Below are positions 20,298-32,800 of a DNA stretch of 64,000 nt, one piece after another; position 1 is the first letter of the stretch; each line of letters starts with the position of its first letter. Origin of the DNA: Blastocystis sp. Blastoise (Eukaryota; Protista; Bigyra: Opalinata); the NCBI GenBank assembly GCA_039096225.1, contig JBBPEB010000014.1, forward strand, positions 1,488,001 through 1,552,000. The letters run 5' to 3'. The position numbers and the translations under genes are program-made. The notes under the pieces are model-generated. The model was not told the origin of the DNA and did not search any database. It was given only the letters and a program-made list of their open reading frames with translations.

Positions 20298-20940
20298 TTA
20301 GTTCGTATTTTTTGTTAATATAAAGTTTTTTTTTAATTTCTATTATTGTAAATGTTTTCTATAATTTTCAATTTTTCTTAGCTATTCATATTGACAACAA
20401 TATCACTTTGTATTTGTTATATGATTTGTTTTTATGTAATTATTTATAGTCTATTTAAATTTAGTTTTTTTGCTTCAATTTACTATTCTTCTGACTTTTT
20501 GTGTGTTGCATAAAATAGAAGAGAATCTATAAATCCAATAAAAAAAAGGAATAAAGAGTTCATTACTATTATTACTATCATTTCAATTTAATTAATGTTT
20601 GCTCATATATATAAAGTTTCGGCCATTCTCTTGATGGACTGAGAAACATACTAATAAGTTATTGATTAATTGATTCGTTCATCTTTTTGCATATCATTTT
20701 ATATAATTTCTTAAGATGTTTCACGATGATGTCGATGATCAATTAGTAATGTATTTATATAAAAACGATTTCAATTTATAACATATTAACAAAAAATAAA
20801 ATATTACTATTATATTTTTGATTATTTTTAGACAAATACTGATGAAAACGCAATATTTTATGGAAAAAAGTATTTTAATTTTATTACGATTTTATTCTAT
20901 ATAAATAATATAGTTTTTCTAGAGATCACATGTTTTTGAA

Positions 20941-22717
20941 ATGGAGCCTTCAGTGACGCTTTCAGATGAGATATTGAATAACTCTCCGTCAAAATTAGAT
21001 GGAATTCCTGAAGATATAGAGTTTGATTATAGAGTATTTGGTTGCCAACTAATCCGTGAAGCTTCTATTCGTCTTAAACTATCACAACTTGTCAGTGCGT
21101 CAGGTCAAATACTGTTACAGCGTTTTTACTACAAACGGTCTTTCAAACAGTATCATCCATTTTTTGGTATATATATGTTATTAGAATTAAGAAATATTTA
21201 GTATATATTATATATAGTGTCCATGAGTTGTCTTTTCTTAGCTTCAAAGATGGAAGAAGAGCAAGTTCGTTTGTCATCTTTATTAAAGTGTTTCTTTTTA
21301 ATGTTTTTAACACGCAATGAATTACCTCTTCGACGACTCGATATAAATGATCCTGTATATATATATATTGTTATAATATATATTTATTAATTATAATGAA
21401 TGTATATATTGTTATAAACATATATTTATTTATAATGAATATGATCTTATTATTAATATATAGGTAACATGTAGTATAGCATTATATATATATATAATAT
21501 ACATAGATATATCAGCAATGGAGTTCACGAATTGTCAAGATAGAACAGCTATTATTATATTTATTTGAATATAAATTAAGATATATTACTGATCATCCTC
21601 ATAAATTTATATTATTATTTATTAAAAGAATTGATGGTGATATTTCTATGGCTCAAAAAGCATGGAATATTTGTAATGATATGTATATTATTATTATATA
21701 TATTGTTATTATGTATTTTATTTTATTTATATTTATTATATTTATATTTATATTTATTATTATTATATTTATATTAATTATTATTATATTTATATTAATT
21801 ATTATTATGATTCTAAAGGTTGTCTACCGATTTATGTCTTCGATTTCCCTCCAATACTTTAGCGGCAACTGCTATCTATATATGTACATTGTATGCTTTT
21901 TTGTAATTTATTTTTATTTTATATTTATATATTGATTAATAACATAATATATATATAAAGATATAATAAGAAACCTCTTCCTGATTGTACATATACACTA
22001 TTCTCTACTTCTAAAGAAGATATCCTTTTTATTTATATTATTTATATATATATTTTATACGATATATGTTTATATTCTTATTTCATTCAGATAATATATA
22101 TATCCTTCATGTTATTTACAAATAGAACATGTATTAGTTTATATTCAACGATTATATAAAGAAAAACCTATTATGTGGATACCAGATCTTTATTCATACT
22201 GTATATATATATATATATTAAATCTATTTATGTATATTCAAATTATATTTTTTTTCTGTTTAAAAATTTATATATATTAAAACTTTATAATCTTTTTTTA
22301 TTCTTTCTCCTATAAAAGATATATATATATATATAGTAAAATTATTAAAAGACAAAGATCCTAGTCTTTATACGACTATAAATATGGATTCTTTTCATTA
22401 TAATAATAATACAAAGCCTGGTATTCCTTCTATTACTGATTCTATTAATATAAAGAATGCAATAACGAATAAAGATACAACTAATGCTTCTTCTACGAGT
22501 AATAGTATAACAGGAAATAATGAAAATAAACTTGAAAATAATGAAAATAAGCTTGAAAATAAGCTTGAAAATAAGCTTGAAAATAAGCTTGAAAATGATA
22601 TACAGATATCTATAGATACACATATAACTCCAGAATCTGAAAACTATAAATATATACATGTTGATCTCTTGGAAGATTATTGTCCACCTCCTATCTATGA
22701 AGATCTTCTTCAGTATG

Positions 22718-22781
<64 letters not shown>

Positions 22782-23445
22782 TTCTTTTATATATAGTCAA
22801 CTGTAATTCATATCTATTATATTATTGTTTAAATATACTATTTTGATTTATATATTTGTCTATCTATAGTTATTATTACTCTTTATATTATATATAGAAA
22901 GAAATCAAGATTTGCAGATAATAATACACTAAGTATATTTATAATTATAATAATAATAATTATTATTATCTATAGATGTATCACCAGAAGTATTATCTTC
23001 TCATGGTTCTTCTAAGAAAGATATTCATGATGAACGTAGAAGTAGAATAGAAGAACATAAGAGTAAAGATAAGCATTATTCTAGTCATAGAGATAGTCAT
23101 AGACATTATGATAGAAGCAGAAGTAGAGATAATTATAGAAGTAAAGGTAGAGATAGAAGTAGAAGTAGAGATAATTATAGGGATAGAAACAGAAGCAAAA
23201 GTAGAGATAATTATAGGGATAGAAACAGAAGTAGAGATAATTATAGAGATAAAGATAATTATAGAGATAAAGATAATTATAGAGATAGAAGTAGAAGTAG
23301 AGATAATTATAGAGATAAAGATAATTATAGAGATAATTATAGAGATAGAAGTAGAAATAAAGATAATTCTAGGGATAATTATAGAGATTCAAATAGAAAA
23401 CAAAATGATAGTCGAGGTAGATATAAACATAGTAATAGTCGTTAA
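20941..23445 (+). CDS. CCNL: Cyclin L (cyclin box plus C-terminal RS/RD-rich domain), spliced, includes one AT-AC intron
   Basis: SPSKLDGI..DIEFDYRVFGCQLIREASIRLKLSQLVSASGQILLQRFYYKRSF; SCLFLASKMEE; HPHKFI; AQKAWNICNDMLSTDLCLRF; RSRSRDNYRD repeat tail; stop TAA at 23443-23445. Confidence 0.93.
22020..22119 (+). other. U12-type (minor spliceosome) AT-AC intron in cyclin L
   Basis: 5' end ATATCCTTTT, branch-like TCCTTCAT at 22103-22110, 3' end ...TTTAC. Removal restores the frame ...STSKE-E-IEHVLVYIQRLY, matching cyclin L. Retention (100 nt) frameshifts. Confidence 0.85.
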
Positions 23446-23720
23446 TAACATATATATAATGATATATTTATGTATTCATTACATGTTTTATTTCAACAAT
23501 TTTATATTGTTTTGTTTATTTTGTTTTTACACACTGGCTACTCGACTTTCTGTCAATTGTAAGTACATATAATTATCTTTAGTTCTAACAATAAGACATT
23601 TTTAACACATTTTAAATGATGAAAAATAAAACAAAACGATAATAAAATACAATTAAAATTATACTTAAAACTGGTATATTATAGAGAAAATATAAAATAG
23701 CAATAGTCTAAGAAACATAA

Positions 23721-24438
23721 TTATTTAATAATATCCTTTCTTTTCTTTGTTATAAGTAAAGTATCACATAATAATAGTAGAAGAGCTAGAATGGCGAATA
23801 CACCTGTAAATCGAAAAGCAGAAGCAGGTCCAAATTGGCCATTCATCCATCCTAAGAATGGCTGAAATACTGCTGAAAGAACAGATTGAAAAGGTAACAT
23901 TACACTGACTATAGTTGGTCCTTTCTCTTCAAAATATTCGTTTGTTAAGCATATCATCGTTGGCCAAAATAAGCATATAAATATACTAGAAGCACAAATA
24001 ATCCATAATCCTATAACTTCTGTGAAATAACCAATAAGAAGCATAATCAATGTAATCACTAGACATATATACATTGTTTTAAGATGACCTATTTTATCTG
24101 TTATATATCCTCCAAAGAATCGAACCACAGTATATAAAGTAAAAAATAAACTATTAAAAAGACCACCTATTTGAACAGGATCTAAATGTAAAATATTTTC
24201 TATATAAGTACCTGACCAATTCATATTAGATCGTTCTACCATGGTTGTCATCGTTAATGTAATAGAAAATAAATACATAGAAGGAGTACAAAGAGCATCA
24301 ACCATTGGATGATGTCTTATTCTTGTCCAATAAGATACCTTAGAGGGCTGTGTTTCATATTTATCACTTAATAAAGGATCAGATATAGCATTATTATTAA
24401 TATTATTATTATCTGAAATATAATTATTAATATTATCA

Positions 24439-24469
<31 letters not shown>

Positions 24470-25310
24470 GATTATGATTATGATTATGATTATGATTATG
24501 ATTATGATTATGATTATTATTATTATTAGGTATACTTTCAACTTCAGTATCTATAATGACGTGTGTCTCATTTGATGATAGCATTCTATTATTATTTTCA
24601 TCTTCTTCTTGTCCTTTAAGTGTTATATTAGATATATATTTATGATTATTATCTAATTTAATATTACTATCCAGTATATTATTATTATCATTATTATCAT
24701 CTTTATTATTATTTATACAATTATCATTATTATTTATTGTATGAACAGCAAATGGTACACAAAGTACATAAATAATCATTATAATAATAGGTATCATAGT
24801 ATATAAATAAATAGATTTATATCCATAAGGATACCAATGAACAGAATATGTAGCAATAAAAGGACTGATTAAACCACCAACACCATAAAATGCATTCAAT
24901 AATGTCATATAGAATGCTGCCTTATCTTCAAAAATAATTGATCCTAAAATATCTGGTGGTAAGTCTGTTGATCCTAATCCTATACCTGCAAAAAATTGAA
25001 AAATAATTGCCCATGTAAACGAAGGAACATATGCCATTATAATACAACTTAAAACACCACCAATCATAGCTATAATCATTGTTGCCTTAAAACCGAATGG
25101 ATGAACAAGGTAGGATGCCAAGAAAGCAAAGATTACATATCCTAAATTGACCATCGACGCAAGCAAACCATATTGATCATCAGTAGCTGAAAATTCTTTT
25201 TGAAGAAGAGGAAATGTAACAGACTTCACATTATCAAGCAAACCTTCTGTTGTCATTGAACAACAACTTGCAATTAACATAAAATAAAACTCCTTTTTAG
25301 TGAATCTCAT
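23721..25310 (-). CDS. MFS transporter (FucP/MFSD4-like family), intronless, with Asn/His-rich central loop
   Basis: About 12 hydrophobic segments; motifs DNVKSVTFP, AFYGVGGLISP, RFFGGYITDKIG, FWPT. Confidence 0.9.
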
Positions 25311-25795
25311 TTTCTTATTATCTATACAATCATATAATATTAATGTTTATTCAAAATACATATATATCTAAGAACAACATATGATAAAAAAATGAAAAAA
25401 TATATGCTACATAAAAATATAAGCATATATAGAATATATATACATTATATGGAATCTAAATAACAAAAATTATTGACCAACAATAGACACTTGACGATAA
25501 ATCCAATAGCAATAGCGAATATATATTATAAAGTCTCTTTTATATTAAAAGATCAATTTAGACTTCATAAAGTCAATACAATCCTGTAGCACATACCATC
25601 TGTCATCCAAGAAATAGAATTACATATTTTTCTCCTTTTATAAAAATATTCTCGTGGGAAAACCAATAAACTTTCTTATTGATTGAATAAAACAACGATT
25701 ATTGGTCAATAAAAAAAAAAACTTCTGTTTATCATTGTTTTTTCGCAGCATTGCCCATAATTTATTTTTCTTTTGTTATTATAGTTTAGAGAAAG

Positions 25796-27046
25796 ATGGC
25801 ACAAGAATTCACAAAAACTCAGTTTTGGGTAATGACATGCATTTGTTATTTAGGTTTATTTTTAGAAGGTATTGTTGATAATGCAAAAAGTATTACCGTT
25901 CCCGATATGAAAGAAGCTTTCAATGCTAATTACACTGAATTCGGTGTTTTAAACTCTATTGCAAGTATTTCTTATGTCGTTTGTTGTGTAGTTGCCACTT
26001 TTTTATTTCCAAGAATCACATTTAAATGGACGAATATACTTGGCTATGTTACTTGTGTCTTTGGTTCTATTGGAGTCACGTTTTCTGGAAGTTTTATTTG
26101 GATTATTATTACAATGTTCTTTTCAACTTGTTTCCTTGGTTTTGCAGATTGTACGTATACAACTGTGGGTACTATGATTTTCACTGAACATACAGCTACA
26201 TTCATGTGCATAATGAATTTTTTCTATGGTCTTGGTGCTATTCTTGGACCTACTCTTGTTACTTTTGTATATAGCCATTTCGAAACACGTTTTAGAGCTT
26301 TTTATTTCTTTACTTCTATTACTTTTGGAATTTTAGCTTTAACTCAATGTTTTATTCCTTTTGCTGCTAAATGTCCTCCTAAACAAGAAGAAACTATTAA
26401 TAATAAGCCAAAAATAACTGTTGCTCGTTCTTATATAGATCCTATGGTATGGTTATTCTCATTTACTTTAATGTCTTTAACACAAGTTGAACGTGGTGCT
26501 ATGATGTGGGGTGGATTATATTTAAAAGATGTTTTACATTTAGATCCTGAAGTTGAAGGTTATTGGTTTAATACTTTATTTTATATTTTATTTACTGTTG
26601 GTCGTTTTATAGGTGGTTTTATTGCTGATCGTATTGGATTAGTTCTTTTTACTTATTGTATTATTATTGGATGTATGATCTTCTTGATTATTGGATTTTG
26701 CTTAGGTACAGTAGGTATTTGGGTTCTTAGTATAACTGGATTATTTGCAGGTCTTTTCTGGCCTACAATTATGTGTTTAGTAATGAAATATTATGGTGAT
26801 CTAGCTCCTATTCCTGCTAGTGTTGTTTTACCTATTACTTTTATTTTATTATCTATTCTTCAAGTTATTCTAGGATTACTTAATAATTATATTGGACCCG
26901 AATGGGCTTATAGAGGTTCTATTTTCTTCTTAGTAATTGCTCTTTGTCTTGTGACCGTTATTCGTCAATGCCTTCATAATAAGGAAAAGAAAGAACAACT
27001 TGAACAACCTCTTATTAATACTGAACAAAAACAAATTGTTGTATAA
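25796..27046 (+). CDS. MFS transporter paralogue, intronless
   Basis: DNAKSITVP, FFYGLGAILGP, RFIGGFIADRIG, FWPT; clearly paralogous to both neighbours. Confidence 0.9.
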   Translation: MAQEFTKTQFWVMTCICYLGLFLEGIVDNAKSITVPDMKEAFNANYTEFGVLNSIASISYVVCCVVATFLFPRITFKWTNILGYVTCVFGSIGVTFSGSFIWIIITMFFSTCFLGFADCTYTTVGTMIFTEHTATFMCIMNFFYGLGAILGPTLVTFVYSHFETRFRAFYFFTSITFGILALTQCFIPFAAKCPPKQEETINNKPKITVARSYIDPMVWLFSFTLMSLTQVERGAMMWGGLYLKDVLHLDPEVEGYWFNTLFYILFTVGRFIGGFIADRIGLVLFTYCIIIGCMIFLIIGFCLGTVGIWVLSITGLFAGLFWPTIMCLVMKYYGDLAPIPASVVLPITFILLSILQVILGLLNNYIGPEWAYRGSIFFLVIALCLVTVIRQCLHNKEKKEQLEQPLINTEQKQIVV

Positions 27047-27543
27047 ATCAATCTATTTATTTTTAAATAATTTTAATATATTATTTAATTTGTATATAAA
27101 AATTTTTGTTATAAAACCTAAATTGTTTTGTTTTATATTTATATAACAAAACAATTCTATATATGTATATATATAATGTTGACAAATTTTAAGAAAATAC
27201 TAGATATTTATTCAATAAAAAAAAGTCATTATATAGCACTCATTCACATCTATATAATGACTTTAAAAAGAAAGAATAAAAACACAAGAAATAAAAATAT
27301 TATTAAAAAATAAAGAGACTAAGAGAGATTATTACATCATACACAATAGAATTATAGTACTCACAAAAATAAAATAATTCTATTATAATAATCTATTCTA
27401 ATCATATCTTGGATAGTATTTCATTATATATATTATGTAAATAGTCTGTTATAAAAGATAAAAAAAAAAAATAAGTATGCAAAAAAATATAAGTCACAAT
27501 AAAAAAAAAAGAAAGATTGTGTGACTCTATAAAATAAACACAA

Positions 27544-28962
27544 TTAGTTTTGTGCATTAACAACAACTGCTGTAGGAGCTTGTTGTTCAATTGAAACATC
27601 TGTTTGATTCTTTGTAGTATCATTAGTAATAGTATTAGCAGTTACTTCAGGAATTTCACAGTTTTTCTTCTTATTTTCTTCCATAATTTTCTTGGCTAAT
27701 TCATTAATTTTACATTGATGTCTTTTAAGAATAAAATGCAAAATACCAACAAAGACTAATCCAACTAATCCAAAGACAATAGTAGATCTGAAAGCCCAAG
27801 CATTACCAATAGCATCATTAAGAGCACCAAGAGCAGGTTGAAATAATAACTGAATTAAAGATTGAAGAGGTAAAATAATACCAATATGAATAGTACTATC
27901 TACAGGTCCAAAATATTCAATAACTAAACATAATAAAGTCGGCCAGAAGAAAGCAACAAAGAATCCAGTAGCACAAATAACCCAAATACCAGGTGTACCA
28001 ATAAGGAAACCAATTAAAAAGAGAACAATAGTAATAGTTAATGTAGTATATAAAGTAGTCATAGGACCTAAATAATCAGTAAAGAATCCACCAAGAAGAC
28101 GAGCAATCCAATAAATAAAAAAATAAACAGAATTAAAAACAGCTCCTTCAACTGAAGAACTTAATCCTAAATATTCATCTATATATAAACCAGCCCAATT
28201 CATACCAGCACGATCAACAATAGTTAATAGAGCAAATGTTAAACTAAAAAACCATACCATAGGAGTAAGAAGACTATTCCAAAAATTAATAGCTTCTTTT
28301 GATTTTTTAGAATTAACATCAACGTGATTTTCAATATCTTTTTTAGCTTGCTCTTCATTATGATGCTTTTCAAGTTCAATAGGCTTTTTAATTTGGAAAG
28401 GAATCATTAATATATAAAGAGCCATAATAACTAATATTCCAGCTAAAACATAATAAGCACCAGGATATGCCCAATTAGTTTTTTCAATAACAAGTCCAGC
28501 AAAAGCAGGAGAAATATAAGCACCAACAGCATAAAAAGAACAAAGAAGAGTCATATGACGAACAGTATTCTTAGTATAAAGAAGAGCACCTAGAGATTCA
28601 GGAGCCATATCACATAAGCCAACACCCATACAAGAGATAAATTGGAAAATTGTAGCGAGAAGGAAACTATTAGCTGTAGCCATACCAATAGAACCAAGAA
28701 TACCACCAATAAAGCCAAGAGCCATAACCCATCTAAAACCAATATACTTAACAAGAACAGCACCAAGGAAAGTAAAAACTAAATAGCCAGCACTTACAGA
28801 TGCATTAAACCATCCAGAAGCTTGATCATTAACTTCAAAACGTTGCTTAATATCAGGAAGAGTTACAGAACTCAAATTATCAATCATACCTTCGCAAATC
28901 ATGCAAAGATAACCAGCTACGTTCATAAACCAAAAATCACGTTTAGATATTATTTCAGGCAT
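27544..28962 (-). CDS. MFS transporter paralogue, intronless
   Basis: DNLSSVTLP, SFYAVGAYISP, RLLGGFFTDYLG, FWPT. Confidence 0.9.
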   Translation of the reverse strand: MPEIISKRDFWFMNVAGYLCMICEGMIDNLSSVTLPDIKQRFEVNDQASGWFNASVSAGYLVFTFLGAVLVKYIGFRWVMALGFIGGILGSIGMATANSFLLATIFQFISCMGVGLCDMAPESLGALLYTKNTVRHMTLLCSFYAVGAYISPAFAGLVIEKTNWAYPGAYYVLAGILVIMALYILMIPFQIKKPIELEKHHNEEQAKKDIENHVDVNSKKSKEAINFWNSLLTPMVWFFSLTFALLTIVDRAGMNWAGLYIDEYLGLSSSVEGAVFNSVYFFIYWIARLLGGFFTDYLGPMTTLYTTLTITIVLFLIGFLIGTPGIWVICATGFFVAFFWPTLLCLVIEYFGPVDSTIHIGIILPLQSLIQLLFQPALGALNDAIGNAWAFRSTIVFGLVGLVFVGILHFILKRHQCKINELAKKIMEENKKKNCEIPEVTANTITNDTTKNQTDVSIEQQAPTAVVVNAQN

Positions 28963-29834
28963 GTTTATTTATATATTATTTTAATAAGATATAAATCTTA
29001 AATCAAAAAAAGTAAAAAAAAATATGAGAATAATTTCATTACACTATTTGAAATGCAAAAGCATCATTCTCGAAATAGAATGCGTCACTTATAGTCAATT
29101 TTAACAAGATTAATTGGCTGAAATAAATGTAGAATCCAATGGAAACACGACAATATTTAATTGAATTCTTCATTAATAGAAACCTTCTCATAAATCCATA
29201 TAATTTTCAAATAGGTAAAACAGAATAATTTTTTTTGGATCCCAAGTCAAAAAAGATTGATTCCCATGAATATAACTTTTTTGTTATCAATCACTTTGTT
29301 TGATATGTTTTAATCATTAAATAGCAACTTATTCATGTTAAGGCATTATGGTATGCGTAGTTAAGTACGATCTTATCTATAAAAAGTGTGTATCACATCA
29401 AAATATGTTATTTGTATGATAATTATAGATTCTTGGCTTTATATGAAGGTATAATTTATACAGCTTAATCGATAAAACATAGATGACAAAAAAATGATTA
29501 ACTGGTTTCTTTTACAATAAGAAATCAATTCTCTTTGTTGTCTAATTAGTTATATTAACTTTTACTTTGTGATCTAAGCATTAAAATATCCTTATGTTTA
29601 CGACAAAACTGTGATTAACTTGAAAAGCAATTTATTTTGATTGTATAAGAATCATAGAAGTATATACACAACAATTGTTAGAAATATATTATTAAAATAT
29701 AAAAAATGAATTAAAAATAATTTAAGATAATTTAAGATCATATATATAAATAAAAGAAAATGAAATGAAAAAAATAGATAAAGAATTAGATATAAAAAAA
29801 TATTTATATATATATAACAAAAAAAAATACAAAA

Positions 29835-32800
29835 TTACATAGATTGAAGACTTTTTGTGAATTCATCAAGAAGTATTTGATCAAATTTGTTTTTCATCTG
29901 TTCAAATAATTGTTTATCAAAATTATTATCTCTTGATTCTACTATATAATCTTCATCAAATATATAATCTTTACCTTCAACTCTTCTACCATCAAAAACA
30001 TTATTACTAATTACTTCTCTTAATTTATTAGCACTTAATAATATATCTTTAGATAATACAGGCATAAAATGTACTTTAACATTACGTTTAACAATAGTTT
30101 CACAGATCTTATGATATTGTTTATTCAAATCAATTCCTCTATGTAGATATTCTAATTTACATTTTGGTAATAAATTATGCATAGGATCTCGACCACATAC
30201 AAATAATATATGAGTACAACCAGGTAATTTATCAATTTCTTTTAATGCTTCTATTAAACCACCATTCACATCTTTACAATCTGATTCACACCCTCTACAA
30301 GCACCATTTCCGGTTTTCTTTTTTTCATTAGATACTTTATAAGAGAAATCATTTATTTTACTCATTCCACTTGAAACAAGAGGTACTCTATCATCATAAT
30401 TACTATATTGAACAACTTGATAACGAATAGAAACCTTATTCTTTTTGAAGATCTCATTACGTCTTTGTTCTATACTATTGATCAATTCATCAAGAAAAGA
30501 ACTTACATTAGCAGAATGACCATGAATACCTCCTTTAAGGAATGCAACAATAGATACAACTAAATTAGCAGGTGTTTTTATATTTCTTTTTTCACATTCT
30601 TCTGTCTTTATATCTTGATCTGTAAAAGAAGACATATCGACTTTAGTATAATAATCAGGTATTTGTTCATTACTAAGATCAATCTTATGAGATTCATTAG
30701 TTTCATTCAAATAATCATCAAAATTAAGTGACCAAATAACTGCATTACTTATCCAACGAGCTGTACCATCACTTGACCAATCACTATATAACTTACTAGC
30801 TGCTGTATCTATTACTATTCTACCATAATTCTGATATGCATCTTTTATCATTACAGCAGCATGACCATTTTGTTCTCTTGCAAATGTTTTAAAACCACAA
30901 TTTACTAATTCATCTTCATTAATATTTGCTAATGTTACACCTTCAAATATTTTATTTAAACCATAATTTATAGGTAATCTACATTCTTTATTAAATAAAC
31001 TTCTACCAATAGGAACAAATTCACCATAACCTGGATCTTTATCATCATCTACTTTATCTATCTCTTTTTCAATAATCCAACCACGTCCATCGATCTTCTC
31101 TTCAGTATCACATAACTCACTTATATGATAAGGGCCATCTTCATAATTAAAGAATTTACAAGCTTCAAAATCTAATGGAGAATTCTCTAACATAAACATA
31201 ATACCACCACGATGAGCATGGAATATATGTAAACATTTTATAAAACTATTCAAATAATTAAAATCACCTTGATGTTCTGGATCTCCTAAAACACCATCAC
31301 CAGGACTACATGTAATAACTACACTTCTATATTTACCTGATCTTAATCGATCCATAGCATCAAAATAATCATATACTATATCTATTTTAAATCCTTTAAC
31401 TTTTAATTTAGCTACAGGTCCTTTCTTTAAATTATCAACAGTAACATCAGGATCAACTTGATTTCCTTGTTCATCTATATTATTAGGTCTAGCAGTATAT
31501 AAAACAACAAATAATACATTAAATTGATCAAAAGCACCATCTCTACCTAAATCATCACGTGAATCATCACCATTTTCATCATCATCTAATTTACCACCAC
31601 CATTATTATTCTTATTAGAATTCATATTTAAAAATTTTTCACGTCGTCGAAGTTTTTGATATTCACCATATATATCCATAACCTTATTTATATCTGCTGG
31701 ATGGAAAACATCATTGAATTTATTTTTTAATAAATTTTCATAATATATAGTATCACACATATAATTACATATAGTATTAGGATTAGTAGTAGGTGTATGC
31801 ATATTCTCTAAAGCAGTAGGAAGTTGATGTATATCACTACACCATATAAAAGAAGGGAAAATATTCTCATAATCTACTATACTATATCCAATACCTATTC
31901 CTATAAAAGAAGTTTCACTACTTATAATTACATTCTTAATTTCTTTACGAGCTATTTCACAAGAAATACCATCAGTAAATACAAATTCCATACTTGAATA
32001 AGGACGACTATTACATACAGAAGTAGCTTGCTTTATTACTTGATCAATACATGTAGAAGGAGTAGGAGAAGAGAAATGTTGAAATAAAGAAGAAAGAATT
32101 GTATATGTCCAGATTTCATAAGATTGTAAACCTGTTCCAATACAATAACATTTATCTTTTGCTATCCATATATCTACAGCTGATACAGATAATTCACTTA
32201 AACATCTTATAAATAATAATATAGTATGAATTGAATGACGAATACTTAATATATTAAAAGAAGAACATTTACAATCTATTATTATACTAATAGAATAAGC
32301 ACGAATCTTACCTCCTAATCTCTTCTTAAAATATTTACCATTTCCATATCCTGTAATTAACAAATTAATATAATTTCTTAAATGAATTGATGTACCTGTA
32401 ACAGAAGCAATCCAACAAGTAGCTTTATTTGGAGGAATTATAGAATTATTCATAGAATCATATAGTAATTCCTTACTAATAATACTACTCATTTGATTCA
32501 ATATTAATTTATTTCCTCCATTAGGAATATTTTCTAAATCTTTTTGAGAAACATCAGGAAGAATAATAGTTTCTCCTGTTTTTTGGGACAAACTAACTAT
32601 ATAAGGTATATCATTATGTTTATCAAGTTCTAATAAATGAGATATCTTATCATCCTTTATATCTTGTAGAGGAATAGATAATATAGATAATAAATCGATT
32701 TCTTTAGAATTCACACTATTTTGACTTGGATATACTACTTCTAATATATCTTTATTTGATTCAAGTAATTCAGATGAATAAAACATATTTAACAATGAAT

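Noticed and set aside
21459-21468. TATAG|GTAAC inside a cyclin L intron as a recursive splice site
   Set aside because: Easily arises by chance in this composition; no independent support.
23108-23572. 154-aa IEIK-repeat ORF
   Set aside because: Off-frame reading of the cyclin L RS/RD-domain exon.
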